A stretch of DNA of 59,949 bases, the filler included, from Dimargaris cristalligena (taxonomy: Eukaryota), in NCBI GenBank assembly GCA_003614675.1. It is 7 parts of 7 records of this genome, joined end to end, with 100 filler letters (N's around TTAATTAATTAA, not from the genome) between each part and the next. Parts side by side here need not be neighbours in the genome. Positions count along the whole stretch, not along the records: positions 1 to 8,537 come from ML003322.1; positions 8,638 to 17,155 come from ML003323.1; 5 more parts are not named here. The stretch is one strand, 5' to 3'. Positions 1-11,600 of the stretch are shown piece by piece. Every line of letters starts with the position of its first letter. Positions within the stretch are counted from its first letter, which is position 1. Position numbers and translations under genes: made by a program. The notes under the pieces were generated by a model, which saw only the letters and a list, made by a program, of their open reading frames with translations, searched no databases and was not told where the DNA came from.

Positions 1-3
1 GTG

Positions 4-71
4 TACTTCCGATAAGTGCGAAAAATAGATAAAAAATAAAAGTAGGTAAAAAATGTGGTAAGTTCACCACA
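4..71. repeat. Terminus of a repeated element (family C), shared with 51533-51600; ends in TGTGGT-aagttc-ACCACA
   Basis: 68-bp near-identical match (one mismatch, CG vs CA) to 51533-51600. Both copies lie at contig starts and diverge right after ...CACCACA. Confidence 0.8.
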
Positions 72-110
72 CCAGGACCTAAAGTACCCATAGAAATTAT
101 TGGTTGCTTA

Positions 111-695
111 TATCAGCCCTCTTAACCCAACTTAATCCCAACTCAACAATCATACATCCTTATTAGGCCTTCTAGTGCTATATTGACCCTCCCATAGTCA
201 CCCCCAGTACTATAGGATCATCATCTATTCTATAACCCTACTCTTTCTGGCCCCCAATGCTTTGCACAAAACACTCAGTCAGCCAATCCTCAATAACTCT
301 TCCAGTTCCCAGGAGAGTCTTCCAGATATGAATCTGTCTAGGTTAGATTTCTTACCTGCCTATACTTAGCCTTAGTAGCTTTCCCCTTAGGACCTCCTGC
401 TGGAGTTGTCCCTGCATATATACAACCAGGCCCCACTGGGACCAGTTAGTTTCCTTAGCTTATTCATATCCCCCTAGTTTACCCTAATAAACTCTATATA
501 CACTCACCCCTTTATACTAACTAGTAAGTATGCCTACTGCACATCCCTTTCATATACCTGTGCTTATCCTTGATTGGTTAGTACTGCTCCCCATCCTAAT
601 GCTAGCAGCTACTTGGCCAAGTCTAAGCCCCACCTACCATTAGAAGCCTATCCTTGGGACTCTTGACAGGCTAAGAGTGGTTAACCTGGGTGACA
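111..695 (+). mobile_element. Solo LTR (family A), ~585 bp, with 5-bp target-site duplication GCTTA
   Basis: GCTTA at 106-110 and 696-700; ends TATCAGCCC...GGGTGACA form an imperfect terminal inverted repeat; homologous to 42232-42812(-), 42967-43164(+) and 53072-53406(-). Strand is a convention. Confidence 0.85.
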
Positions 696-2388
696 GCTTA
701 TATTGTATTTGTGGGAGGTCTCATCCTGGGAGTATTGTACCACCTGTTTAATATCTCTAAATTATGATTGATTCCTGGTAAATATGAATGCAATATATGG
801 TACTGCAGGGGACCTTAGCCACCTCACTATGTCCCTACTCTTCCCTTTTCTAATCCTATATATTTAAATTCCCGGTTCCATAGTGGTTATAATATCCACC
901 TTGAAAACCCCCTGGGGTGGACTGGTTAGTCATATGACTTATCATATGATACAGATAAATTCAGTTATACCCATCAGTAGAAAGTAATGACGGTGGAGTA
1001 CTCAGTGAAACATAGCAGCAATTGTATGTGAATCACACTGCCTATCCCTGCCAAATCTTCTATATAAAATAACCAAACAACTTAGATGAGCGTGACAATA
1101 AGGGTTTATACTGAGCCTAGTAATAAGAACCCATGAGCCGTATACCAGAAATTGCTTGGCAGTATCCAAGTCCATCCACAGTCTACCTAGCCAATCTCGA
1201 GAATGCTAACAAATGAGCCTTGGTACTACAATTAAGAAATCGGTTCGCACGATCCCACCGAATTAGGCACCCCCCCAGACATGTGCTTTTGAAACACTGC
1301 TTCCAGTTTCAATGGCTGTCCATCGGGTAGCATTTAGATTGGCATAAAGGAAGCCACCGATGCAGACTGATATTCTTTAAGTCTACGGGATACATCGTCC
1401 GATACGTCATAGATTATAGAACTGGGGAGCGACGTGGTCTTTATTTTGCTTCCCTTTAGCCACAGACAAGGTATGCCGGTTGCCTTATTGGATGGTATGG
1501 TAGTTTAGTTGGAACGTCAACAAAAACGGAATCCCTCCCAATTGAATATTACCACCGTCTTCCTTATTTGGTCTTTTAGAATAACCTTGGTGAAACAGCA
1601 ACCTGAGCCCGGTCACTCCAAAGCGGCTCTACCATAGACCCCCTTTGCCCAAAGGGCCATTTACTTCGGGCTTACTTAAACTTGAGGGAAAAATACAGGT
1701 GGTACGGACGGCTAATTTCGAAATTGGCGATAGTGTATCCTTCCGTCCAGTCTGAATTAGGCAGGAAATCCACCCCTCATCGCCCTTCCCCCATACTCGA
1801 TTTATATATTTTTTCAAAAAAAAAGGGGGGAGCACTAAAGCAGCCTAGCCGGACCGGTCATACAGGGCATGTGCATACTCGGTCAGTTGAATCGTACAAA
1901 GTAAATTGATTAAAAATACAGGGCTATAGCTACAGCGTCTCAGGACAGCTATCGTCGTACATCCCAGCTTGAGATGGCCGGCGAAGCCGTCCGATAGGCT
2001 CAATCAAGTAGTACGTTTTACCTAACCAACTGGTCGTTCGGTTTCGCACTGCCCTTTAACCAATTTTTTCGGATTATTCGACACATGCTTTTGGAAGGGA
2101 CTTCTACACACTGGTTCGGAGAGCCTTGCTAGTCGACCTAATGATGCAAACCTCAGCTACAGAGTCGCCAACCGGAATTACTGAGGTATCCCTTCCACAT
2201 ATATATATAATTAGCAATGCATATAAATACTCGGGCTGTTGACCCTCTTTCTACTCATAAACCAGTACATCCATCCTTCCAATAACTTCAACTTCACTCC
2301 TTTAGTCTCACAGCTTTGAGCTCACTTTTCTCTCAATAACCCTCCCCTCTCCAACCCACCTCCCCTGCGGCCATTCCAATATCCCAAT

Positions 2389-2613
2389 ATGTTGACCATT
2401 CGCATCCTTAGTTTCGCTCTCTTTGCCCCGTTCATCTTGGCACTGTCGGTCCCCACTCCTACCACCAACAGCCCCTCCTATACCGAAGATACCCGCCGTG
2501 CGGCCCTAAATCGCCGCAGCCCGCTTCCTGGTGGTAAAATCAGGCGCATCATGCATAATGTGCAAAATGTCCAGCAATACGATATCAAGATCACTCCCAA
2601 GGATAAAAAATAA
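2389..2613 (+). CDS. Small secreted protein (signal peptide, pro-region ending LNRR); frame stays open past the TAA to TGA at 2725-2727
   Basis: Hydrophobic N-terminus MLTIRILSFALFAPFILALSVP; dibasic RR; TATAAATA at 2222-2229; pyrimidine-rich leader. Confidence 0.6.
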   Translation: MLTIRILSFALFAPFILALSVPTPTTNSPSYTEDTRRAALNRRSPLPGGKIRRIMHNVQNVQQYDIKITPKDKK

Positions 2614-3518
2614 CACGTTGATTTCCAGAAACCCACCGGCGAGAAAGTTGATTTCACGATCACGGAGGCCCAAATCACCCAGTTTAAGAATTTGGGCTAC
2701 ATCCTTTTGAAAAGATTTTTAGTCTGAAAATTAGTTCGACGTAGCAAAGGTGTAGTAGGCATCGGATAGTTTTGCTTCGATATTTTCCTCCATATATGTA
2801 TATCACGGCCAATAATTTATGCCAAGATATCTACTAAATCGGGATAGGCCACCAATATCCAACGACCTGGGGGTCTATTGTCGAGTGATTAATAATAAAA
2901 ATTTTGATTGAATTGGGAGTTTTCTTCGCTAGCTTGCTAGTGACATTTATCACCATACCGATGATACTGAGTGTCCGAGTTTGAAGGTTATATAACGGAG
3001 AATGGGGTCAAATAAATATTTTTTGGTCTTGACAGTTGAATGAGCTGATCAAAAGTAGCAACCGTGTTGCATCTTTAATTGGGCATAGGTAAGTATGCGT
3101 ACATCTTCCCAATACCGAGATTGCCATCTGCAAATAAATAACCGAAGGGTGGTCACATATTTTAGACAACATTAATTCTAACTTTGGGGGTGAAATATAA
3201 GAAGCTATACAAGCGATGTTGGTGTGAAATTACCCGTCTCTACAACCAGCCTCCGGTAGTACATAAATTCGCTCGCGCCTATGCACAGAGCTGTATCCAT
3301 CAGTGATCCTGTACTAAAATGTGCAAAGCTCCGTGTCCAGTACATTGATGCTATACATTATGATAGAGATGTTTCCGCCCATTGAAACCAACATATGCAT
3401 TGGCAACCGGGCTATTTAAAATATGGCTGTGGGTCCCAGTATTCCAATTCGATTGACCTTTAACTATTACTTGAACAAATGTACACAAAAACAACAGTTG
3501 AATTCTTTATAGTACGTG

Positions 3519-3905
3519 CGGGGGGCACCCAATCTCTCCGTGATTTTGGGTGTCGAGGACATAACCTATGTAGCCTCAGCATTCGCAGTTTTCCTTCGGT
3601 CTGCCGTCAGTCTGGGCTAAATCTAAATGTAACCCACTGTCCATTATTCCCATACACTTTTGCCCAGTCGCCCTTGTCAACAAATGAGCCATGGTGTAGT
3701 GAAAAAAAAAAGTAGTGGTAAAAATAAGATTGCTAGAAGTAATAGCCAACGGCGAACTGGGCAAAAGTGTATGGGAATAATGGACAGTGGGTTACATTTA
3801 GATTTAGCCCAGACTGACGGCAGACCGAAGGAAAACTGCGAATGCTGAGGCTACATAGGTTATGTCCTCGACACCCAAAATCACGGAGAGATTGGGTGCC
3901 CCCCG
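3519..3905. repeat. Perfect 150-bp inverted repeat (arms 3519-3668 and 3756-3905, 87-bp spacer)
   Basis: Arms are reverse complements; the same peptide TGQKCMGIMDSGLHLDLAQTDGRPKENCEC appears on both strands in the ORF track. Confidence 0.97.
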
Positions 3906-3926
3906 AAGAAGCCCAAATGTTCAGCC

Positions 3927-5510
3927 TTAGAGGTTGATGACACGGCTTAGCTTCTGAACCCGATTCAGCAGAATATCGCCCTGTTTAATGCAGGCTTGGT
4001 ATTGCGCATTCTTGACATCGGGGCGGTTGGTTACCACAATACCGTTAACCTTGTCAATCACGCAGTTGAGACGGCCGGCGGCAATAAAGCGGGCCAGATC
4101 CCGGTCTACGAAGTCCTCGCTTACGCCGAAAGAGTCCGCCATACTCTCGAGAGTTAGACTGCGGTATGATTCCAGAAGTTGGGCGTAGGCGATGATGCGC
4201 ATTTCGCGGACGTAATAGGGGGTATGGACATGGAGGTAACGAGAGGTGAGCAGCTGGTTCTTCTCCATGGCAGCCAGAGACTGGAAGAACTTGGCATACC
4301 GGCAATCGTAGAGAGATTTGAGGTACTCCTCCAGCTGCGGAGCCTGGACCAGAACCTCCAAAACTTCGGGGGCATCGATCAACTACATGGTGGATAATAG
4401 AGGCGATAGTATATGGAGGGCATATCTACGAGTTAGCGATCTAATTAGGGAAACTCATTACTAGGTGTACGCAAGGCTAACCCGGGGTTCCAAAACCCCA
4501 CTTGGCCAACCGAAGTATCTAATGGGTTTCGGGGGAATCGGCGGGAATTGATGAAAAGACATTTACCTTCTTCTTGAGATCCACACGGGGCAAACTGATC
4601 ATGCCGACCACGACGGCGTATTTGACGTACTCGTTATAGTCCATAAGCTCCGTGGATGTGAATGTAGACAAGCTGTCAAGGAATAGTTGGGAGGCACCCT
4701 TGAAGTCGCGAATGGACATGAGGTAGATGGCTTCGTAGGACTTGAGGCGGTTGCGGCGGTCCCAGTCTCCACCCTCTTCAATCAGCCTATGGGGCAGCAA
4801 ATGGCATGATTTAAAGTGGAGCATGTTATGTAAGATTTTAAGTATACATTAGCAATTCTAATAGGAATAAAAGGGTGACTATCCATACTGAAGGGGGCGA
4901 TGGATTCTACCGGCAGGCAACACTAAAAAAAGTACAAGGAGATGCTTACGACCGGGCTTTCTTGATGTTACGGCTAATGAGGTCGTTGTCGAGGAAGAAA
5001 AGGCCAATTCGGATAAAGGCGAAGGTGATATCCAATCGCTGACCAATCGTGGCGGCTTTGTCAAACGCAACGCGGTAAGCGAGCACGGCCTTAACCTATT
5101 TGGGAATGAAGGGGGTTGGTGGTATGAGTAGCAGTGGAACATGGGTCAGTCAACTAAACACCGATTATATTTCTTAATAAAAAGGGAGATTCTAAATAAA
5201 ATACAGATGGATAGATAAAAGAAGGGAGCCTCCACATACTCAGGACGAAATCGTATGTAGTATGGTAGGCGCTAGAATAAGGGGGCTCGGCCGAACACAC
5301 TTACTTTGTCTCCGATTTCGGCCAGGTACTGGGCCTTCTTTAACAACAACTCGCTAGTTTCAGTCTCCCCGAGATTTTCTTCGGCATCCGCCCGTTCAGT
5401 TTCAAATCCGGCCAGGGTAGCCTGGTTGGCCTTGGTCATGCGCTCCAATTCGACCTGGTCCGGGCTAATAGCAAGTTCCTCGCATAAACTGGGGTACCAC
5501 GGCGCCATAT
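3927..5510 (-). CDS. RPN7: 26S proteasome lid subunit Rpn7/PSMD6; exons 5510-5305, 5095-4950, 4786-4567, 4382-3927; 5' exon not identified
   Basis: Motifs [74 protein letters not shown] introns keep the frame (341 aa from Met at 5508). Confidence 0.95.
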
Positions 5511-7094
5511 CTATAAAGGGGGGGGGGGGGGGTGTATCACTATAGTGGTACTTAAGTGCGACATACTAACTAGGGGGTGAGTATATGGTGGGTTTTTAGA
5601 ATAGGTATGAAGTATAGGCTAAGGGGTAAAGGAACATGTCCTAGGGAAATATTTAAGCATGGAGGCAGCACTGGCGATGTTATCCAAAAAACAACAACGA
5701 AAGAAGCAGTGACACTGGGAGATACCTGTTGGTATCCAGCGAAGTCTTCAGATAAGCTACGAGGGTTCGGCAGAGAAGACCGTGGTTCTTTGGCTGAGGA
5801 GGCTGCTAAATGATACACATAATAACAGGGTACACTTTCTGAAGGTAAAATGTCATATTATTTCCTAATTCAGATGGTAGTAAAGTTAGGGTAAGGGATC
5901 AGGATTTAATATTGTAAATCGTTCTCCCCAAAAATAACTTTAGTTGTCGTTATATCGGATGTGGCCCATCTATTCAGCTATGTAATACCAAACATGGATT
6001 AGCTTTGTATTCCTCAGTTATATTTGTATATTTCCCTTTATTCGCTGTGCTAGTTAACTTGTTCTTCCCAGTTAGTATTTCCATACTAGCCCTGCACCAT
6101 ACCAGTTTCCCATTATCTGTAATTAATAACAATTCCCGCGGGTTCATTGTAGAATCTCTTAATTGTAACGAATCTAGATGAGCGTTGCTATTATGCCGAA
6201 GAATGGTTAATTAGTAATGATTATAAGAAAGGTATGATGATGAATAGAAGCTTCGGTAGTCAAGGTCGGATAGGAACACTAGGCATCCAAGGGCCTGTGT
6301 TAGGGCAAGCAGATTGTTCCTCTTATATCGGAGCATTTTGAGGACCTCGTTTAGGCGCAACTCGGGATAGAAATGGCACGGCCAGTAACGATTGGTACTC
6401 CTGTAAGGGCATCTAAGGGGCCATATTGTCCAAAGGTGGAGTATCATCGGGCAGTGCCATGGTCGGATCTTTGGTTATGTGGGCACCCTGATCAGTTCTG
6501 GGGATACCCGGCGTTGCGACATCAACATCCTCATATCCTGTTTATTTCTTTAAAAAAAAATTGAATGCTAGTAAAGGTAAAACTATCCAGCCGTTTATTA
6601 AAGTAATTCAGGAATTCGAGAATTCCCCCGGACTTCGATTCAAAACCAAACTATACTTAAATAGTATATTTCCATTGATGCTAGGCTGGGCTTAAACCCA
6701 TCATTTTGATCTAATCAAATATATCCCCAAATCAGAAGGACATTCAACAGCCTAACACAAACTCCCTCCCCATAAATGCTATTAATCTGCACTATTTACT
6801 AACGACATTGCCAATTTGATTCATGTTTCAAGATAGTAAAAGCATGGCATCTATTTTGGAATACATAGAATAGCTGCATATAGGATCAGGTCAATCCGTC
6901 TATCTCGACTATACCGGCAATAACGTCAACAGTAACATCATATAAATCACTCAATAATCGGAAGCTATAGTGAGAGACCCCGCTAGGTTGTCTCTAGAGT
7001 GGAGTAACCATGGATCAATGTTTATTGAAGAAATCGATGAAGTCCTCTAGCCCCCCAAAATAAATGGGGGGGGACATGTTTATGACTTTGTAGC

Positions 7095-7440
7095 CTATTT
7101 CGGTACAATGGGCTTGCCGCCGTTCTTGTTTTCACGAGCGCTAATATTCCTGATATGGGTTTTGACGTGACTCGAACCTTGAGCTGTCTTCACGGGCTTT
7201 CCGCCAAACTAATCAATGAGTTTCCCCGTGTTATTATTACCGACACTGATCGTTTTTTGCTTGGGAGGCCCAGTCGTAGCGGGTTTCTGAGGACTAGGAT
7301 TCCATTTAGGTAGTTGCCGGCGCACTAGATGAACGGTAAGCATTTGGGAGGGATGGTAGTCTGGGCAGTGGATTGGCTAGAACCAGGGCCAGGGTCGCGG
7401 ACGCGATCAAGGCGAGCGTGGTGGGGATAGTGAAACGCAT
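7095..7440 (-). pseudogene. Small secreted protein, probably disrupted (frameshift before ~7306, internal TAG at 7209-7211)
   Basis: Signal peptide MRFTIPTTLALIASATLALVLANPLP; TATAAATA on minus strand at 7583-7576; a shifted frame continues PKWNPSPQKPATTGPPKQK...LID*FGGKPVK...NGGKPIVPK*. Confidence 0.5.
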
Positions 7441-8537
7441 GGTGAATGGTAGTGGGGTAATTAGGGGTGGTAGAGTGGAACTGGGGATGCAAATGGGTAT
7501 GATAGTGCAATTGAGGATGGTATTGGGGTTGAAGTTGTATTTGATACTGATAAAAATGAGGGAGAACATGGCCGATATTTATACGATTAATGAGGCCAAG
7601 GAAAAGGGCGCTGGTAATTAGTAGCTACAAATCACTCTCACCGGGACTCTCCTTTCAAATGAAGTATGGCAGTCTGCATGGGGGGATCCATAGTACGTAA
7701 CTTATCCCCCCCCCTCACCAATTTAACGGAGAATCGGGCCTTTAGCCCGGCTATGGTGGTCGGAAAAGTTGTAGATCGGCATCGATCCATAAAGTCGATG
7801 ATCGGACAGCCGTTGCTTTCCCTATAGTGCCGCCCGCCCGTGATTTGCATACCGCCGACTAGTAGCGCTGGCCTTCAGCCATTTTCCCTTCTTGTATTGG
7901 CCCGGGTCCACTAATAATGCCACATGGCTGTCTAACCTCTAAAAAGACCTTTAGCATAGTTAATTATTTGTACAGGCGGTACTGGCACAGTTGTCTAGAA
8001 TAGTGGAGGGACCCTTGTCGGGGGGATAAGGTAGGTAAAGATACGGACAGAAGGATGTAGGGGGACACGACTAGGCAAATATCCGACGGACCACCCTTAT
8101 CCGTCCCCCCAAATCTGCGGACCATACCATTTGGCTTTCCACAGGCACGACTCGAATACCGCAGCATTTCTTTATTTTGGAGGGAATCAACGGTTTATCC
8201 ACCCACCCTTGAAAGAACAAACTTAAATTAAACCGACCGCTAAATTAACTATACTCTGGGCCTAATGGTCGACTGTTTAACGGACAGATACTAATAATAA
8301 ACCCAATCCGAGGGTATTCCTCTCGCCGTGAGCTCTCGGGATAATTAGAAATACGGTGATCCAAATGCCCATAATATCGAACGTCGGTGGCGCCCAGTGG
8401 GATACACCGGCATTCCGGTTGAAGAAGATCGCCATCATCTATGTTTTAATTGTTCGGCTGTGGACCTGTCGGAAGCGAGTCGGCATGGTCATGGGCGCTA
8501 GCTTTTTCAGTCACTGGAATGGTGTACGAGAGGCCCT

Positions 8538-8637
8538 NNNNNNNNNNNNNNNNNNNNNNNNNNNNNNNNNNNNNNNNNNNNTTAATTAATTAANNNNNNN
8601 NNNNNNNNNNNNNNNNNNNNNNNNNNNNNNNNNNNNN
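8538..8637. other. Artificial contig spacer
   Basis: 44 N + TTAATTAATTAA (stops in all six frames) + 44 N. Confidence 0.98.
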
Positions 8638-11600
8638 GTATAGCTGGGCGTGATTCGTAATGAACTGCTTCTGGGCCTTCACGAAGGACTGCATCATTTT
8701 GCGCTTCATTTCGCGGGCCGTCCGGCGCTTGGTTTCCTGCTTTTCCTTTGCCTCCGCTTCGGCCCGGGCCTTGGACTGGTTGGCGTCCTGGGCCGCCTGG
8801 CGGGCCAGGTGCTGCCGGATGGCCGCCCGTACAGCGGGACTGCCCCGCCGGTGCAGGAGGTCCAAGATGTACTCGAGTTTGGCCGTCCAGTGGAGGCATT
8901 CCCGTCGGCCCAGAATGGTGAAGAGCAACTGCAGGAGGGCCATGTCGTATTTTCCGGGTTGGCCCATCTTAATGGGGAACCGCAGTTCAAGCACGTTATG
9001 CCAGATACCCCCGGTGGCGTAGATGGGTGTGAACGCGGGTGAACCGTCAGCAGCTGCCTCGCCGCCCTCTTCCGACATAAAGGTGGTCAGGTCGATGACG
9101 TAACGCGGATCATCCCATTCGGCGCGGTAGAAGTCGTTGTTCTTGTCCTGGACGGCCAAGTAGAGTAGGTGAATGGCATTATCGATAATGGTGTCGAATA
9201 TCGAATTGCCGACGCTGTTGACGGCGAGGCGCAGGGCGTAGAAGATGATTTGGGTTCCTAGGCGACCCTGTAACATATTGCCCAACCGTTGATAAGGTCC
9301 TGTTTCAATGGTGAGCAGCGGGGTGTGGGCAAACACACTTTTAGGCTGCCCCGCGTTGGTGTTAATACCCGGAGCCCCATCGGACGAGGCAGGGGTTTGG
9401 TGGTCCTCGCGGGGGTGGGCGAGAGCCTGTTGCTCGAGGGCATGCTGCCGTAGCCGTTGCTCGGCCTCCGCCTTACGGTTACGGCTATAATGGATGAAAT
9501 AGGGGTCTACCTCTCCTAGAAACTCGTCCTTGAGTTGGTAATAACCAATGTCATTGGTGGAGGTGGGGGGTTTGAAATTAGCCACATCCTTGATGGTTTG
9601 ATCGTAGGTGGGCAGTTCGTTCATACGGTCGGGAATCTGGCGCATCAGGTCGGTGTACGGAATCGTGGTCACGGTACTATGGACGATAAACCGGCGAGTA
9701 TGCTCCTCGAGAGAGAGTCCCGCGACGTTGGCCCGCTCACTCATGCAGACAATAAAGAGGTTCAGGAGCTGCTCGACCATATGCAGGTGCTGTGACGGAT
9801 CGTACGACTCGTGCGGATGGGGGTCAAATCCGCCGTGGAAGAAATTAAGGAGTTCGAACCGATCCAGGATAGTCAACATAATATGGTCAGGATCGAACAG
9901 GCACAGGGCCACCTGCATGAGAAATACGTCTAAATCGTACGTATTGTACCGCAGCGTGATTTCACAATAATGGGCGGCGGAGCTCTTGGCGATGTGACCG
10001 TTCCGGACCCACAGATAAGACCGGATTTGGGCCATCATACAAATCACCCGCAGGGGATAATCAAAGATACTGAGGAGGAGGCGCTGGTGTTCGAAATCGT
10101 TCATCATGGCTCGCACGGAGGGGCCAGTCTTGCCGACGTTCTCGGGGGTCGACTGGGACGGGTCAGGGTTTCCATGGTCCCAATCAGGGTCCTGGAAAGT
10201 CCACATGAGCTCATAGAAACTGTTCCAACCCTCGGCGGCCAGGGCCGAGTCGCTCAGCTTTGGTAAACAGTGCAGGAGCTGGGCCAGGAACCAGTGCAAC
10301 GGGTGGTGGAAGGAGACGTAGTTGTCCGAGACGCTGTACACAAGGACACGGTAGGCCGTATGCCAAATCGTGCCAATGGGCCGGAACTCGTTGGGAACGA
10401 AGGACGTGTTGGTTTTTTCGGGATTTTTGCTCAGGACGTTCATGCCGCCGTACTCCTCGCCGAACTTTTGGCTAAACTCGTAGATGAGGCGCATACCGCT
10501 CCGGATGGCGTGGGTCAGGTTGGCAGTGTGGTTAAAGTAGCAGCTCGCCAACTGGCGGCACGATTTGGCCAACTGAAGAGTGACATTAAAGGCGTTGATC
10601 CAGGTATCCGCTTCATACTCCACATGGTGCCCCTTCTGGCGCAGCATGGGGTCCATACCCTGAAATAGACTGAGAAACTTCATGTAGTTCTTCAAAAACC
10701 GGGTGTCCCCGCTGATCGCATTGGTACAAGTATCCGTTCCCGTGATGTAGCGCATATCGTGGAAGACGTGGAAGTACCGCCGGTTACGGAAGGCCTTGGT
10801 TTCACAGCTGATGATCCCCCGACGCAACAGTGGCTTGGCGGTATCGGCCGTGAAAAAGCGGCGGAGAATCCGGAGAATGGTGTAAAGGAACTTGTGTTCA
10901 TATGCCAAAGTGTAGGTGATGGTGGGTACAGTGAAGAGCTGGACCGAAAACAGAATGATGGAATGTTCGGGGCCCTTGTCGCGGAGCAGGAATGAGCTAG
11001 ATAGGCGGTCATAGTTCGTGGCGAAACTGATGGCGATCCGTTTTTTGTATTCGATATTCAGGGTCAACGTGGCCATGTAGAGCTCCCGTAGGCCGGCCCG
11101 GACTTCCTGCCACAGACGCATATCGTACAGCAGAAACCAGTCGAGTCGGAATTGAAGGGGATCGGACGTACGGGGCTGAAGGCCTGTCCCAAGTGGTCGA
11201 TATGAGTCGGCCAATAGGTCCGAGGATATTGACTGGACTTCCGAATCAGACTTCTCAGTCTGGGTGGGTGTGCGTTTACCACTCGCCAGGGCACTATCGT
11301 CTTCCTCCATAAAATAGTCGTCATCGTCGTCGGCGATCTCTTCGCCCGAATAGACCACATTCTCGTAATCGCCGTCTTCGTCTTCGTCTTCCTCTTCACC
11401 ATCCCCATCATCGTCCTCTTCCTCGTCATCAGGCTCGATGTACTCATCGGAAACATCACTGGCATCGGATATGTATTCCACTTCCGAGTCTGACCCGGCT
11501 TCCACATCGGCCTCGGTGAATCCCCGCGGTCGCTTTCGCTTCAATAGAAAATCGCGTAGCTTTGGGTTATTATCCACCAACGTCCAGGAAGACGTGAGCT

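Noticed and set aside
1140-1640. Broken coding-like stretches on the minus strand (also 8240-8537, 6211-6540, 47067-47348, 50060-50700)
   Set aside because: No recognisable motif or consistent gene model; cannot be supported without a homology search.
3576-3848. Twin ORFs with identical C-termini on opposite strands
   Set aside because: By-product of the 150-bp inverted repeat.
7168-7181. B-box-like GGTTCGAGTC on the minus strand
   Set aside because: No cloverleaf or A-box; lies inside the secreted-protein remnant.
8582-8593. Recurrent TTAATTAATTAA as a biological repeat
   Set aside because: Always centred in N-runs of fixed length; it is an assembly linker.
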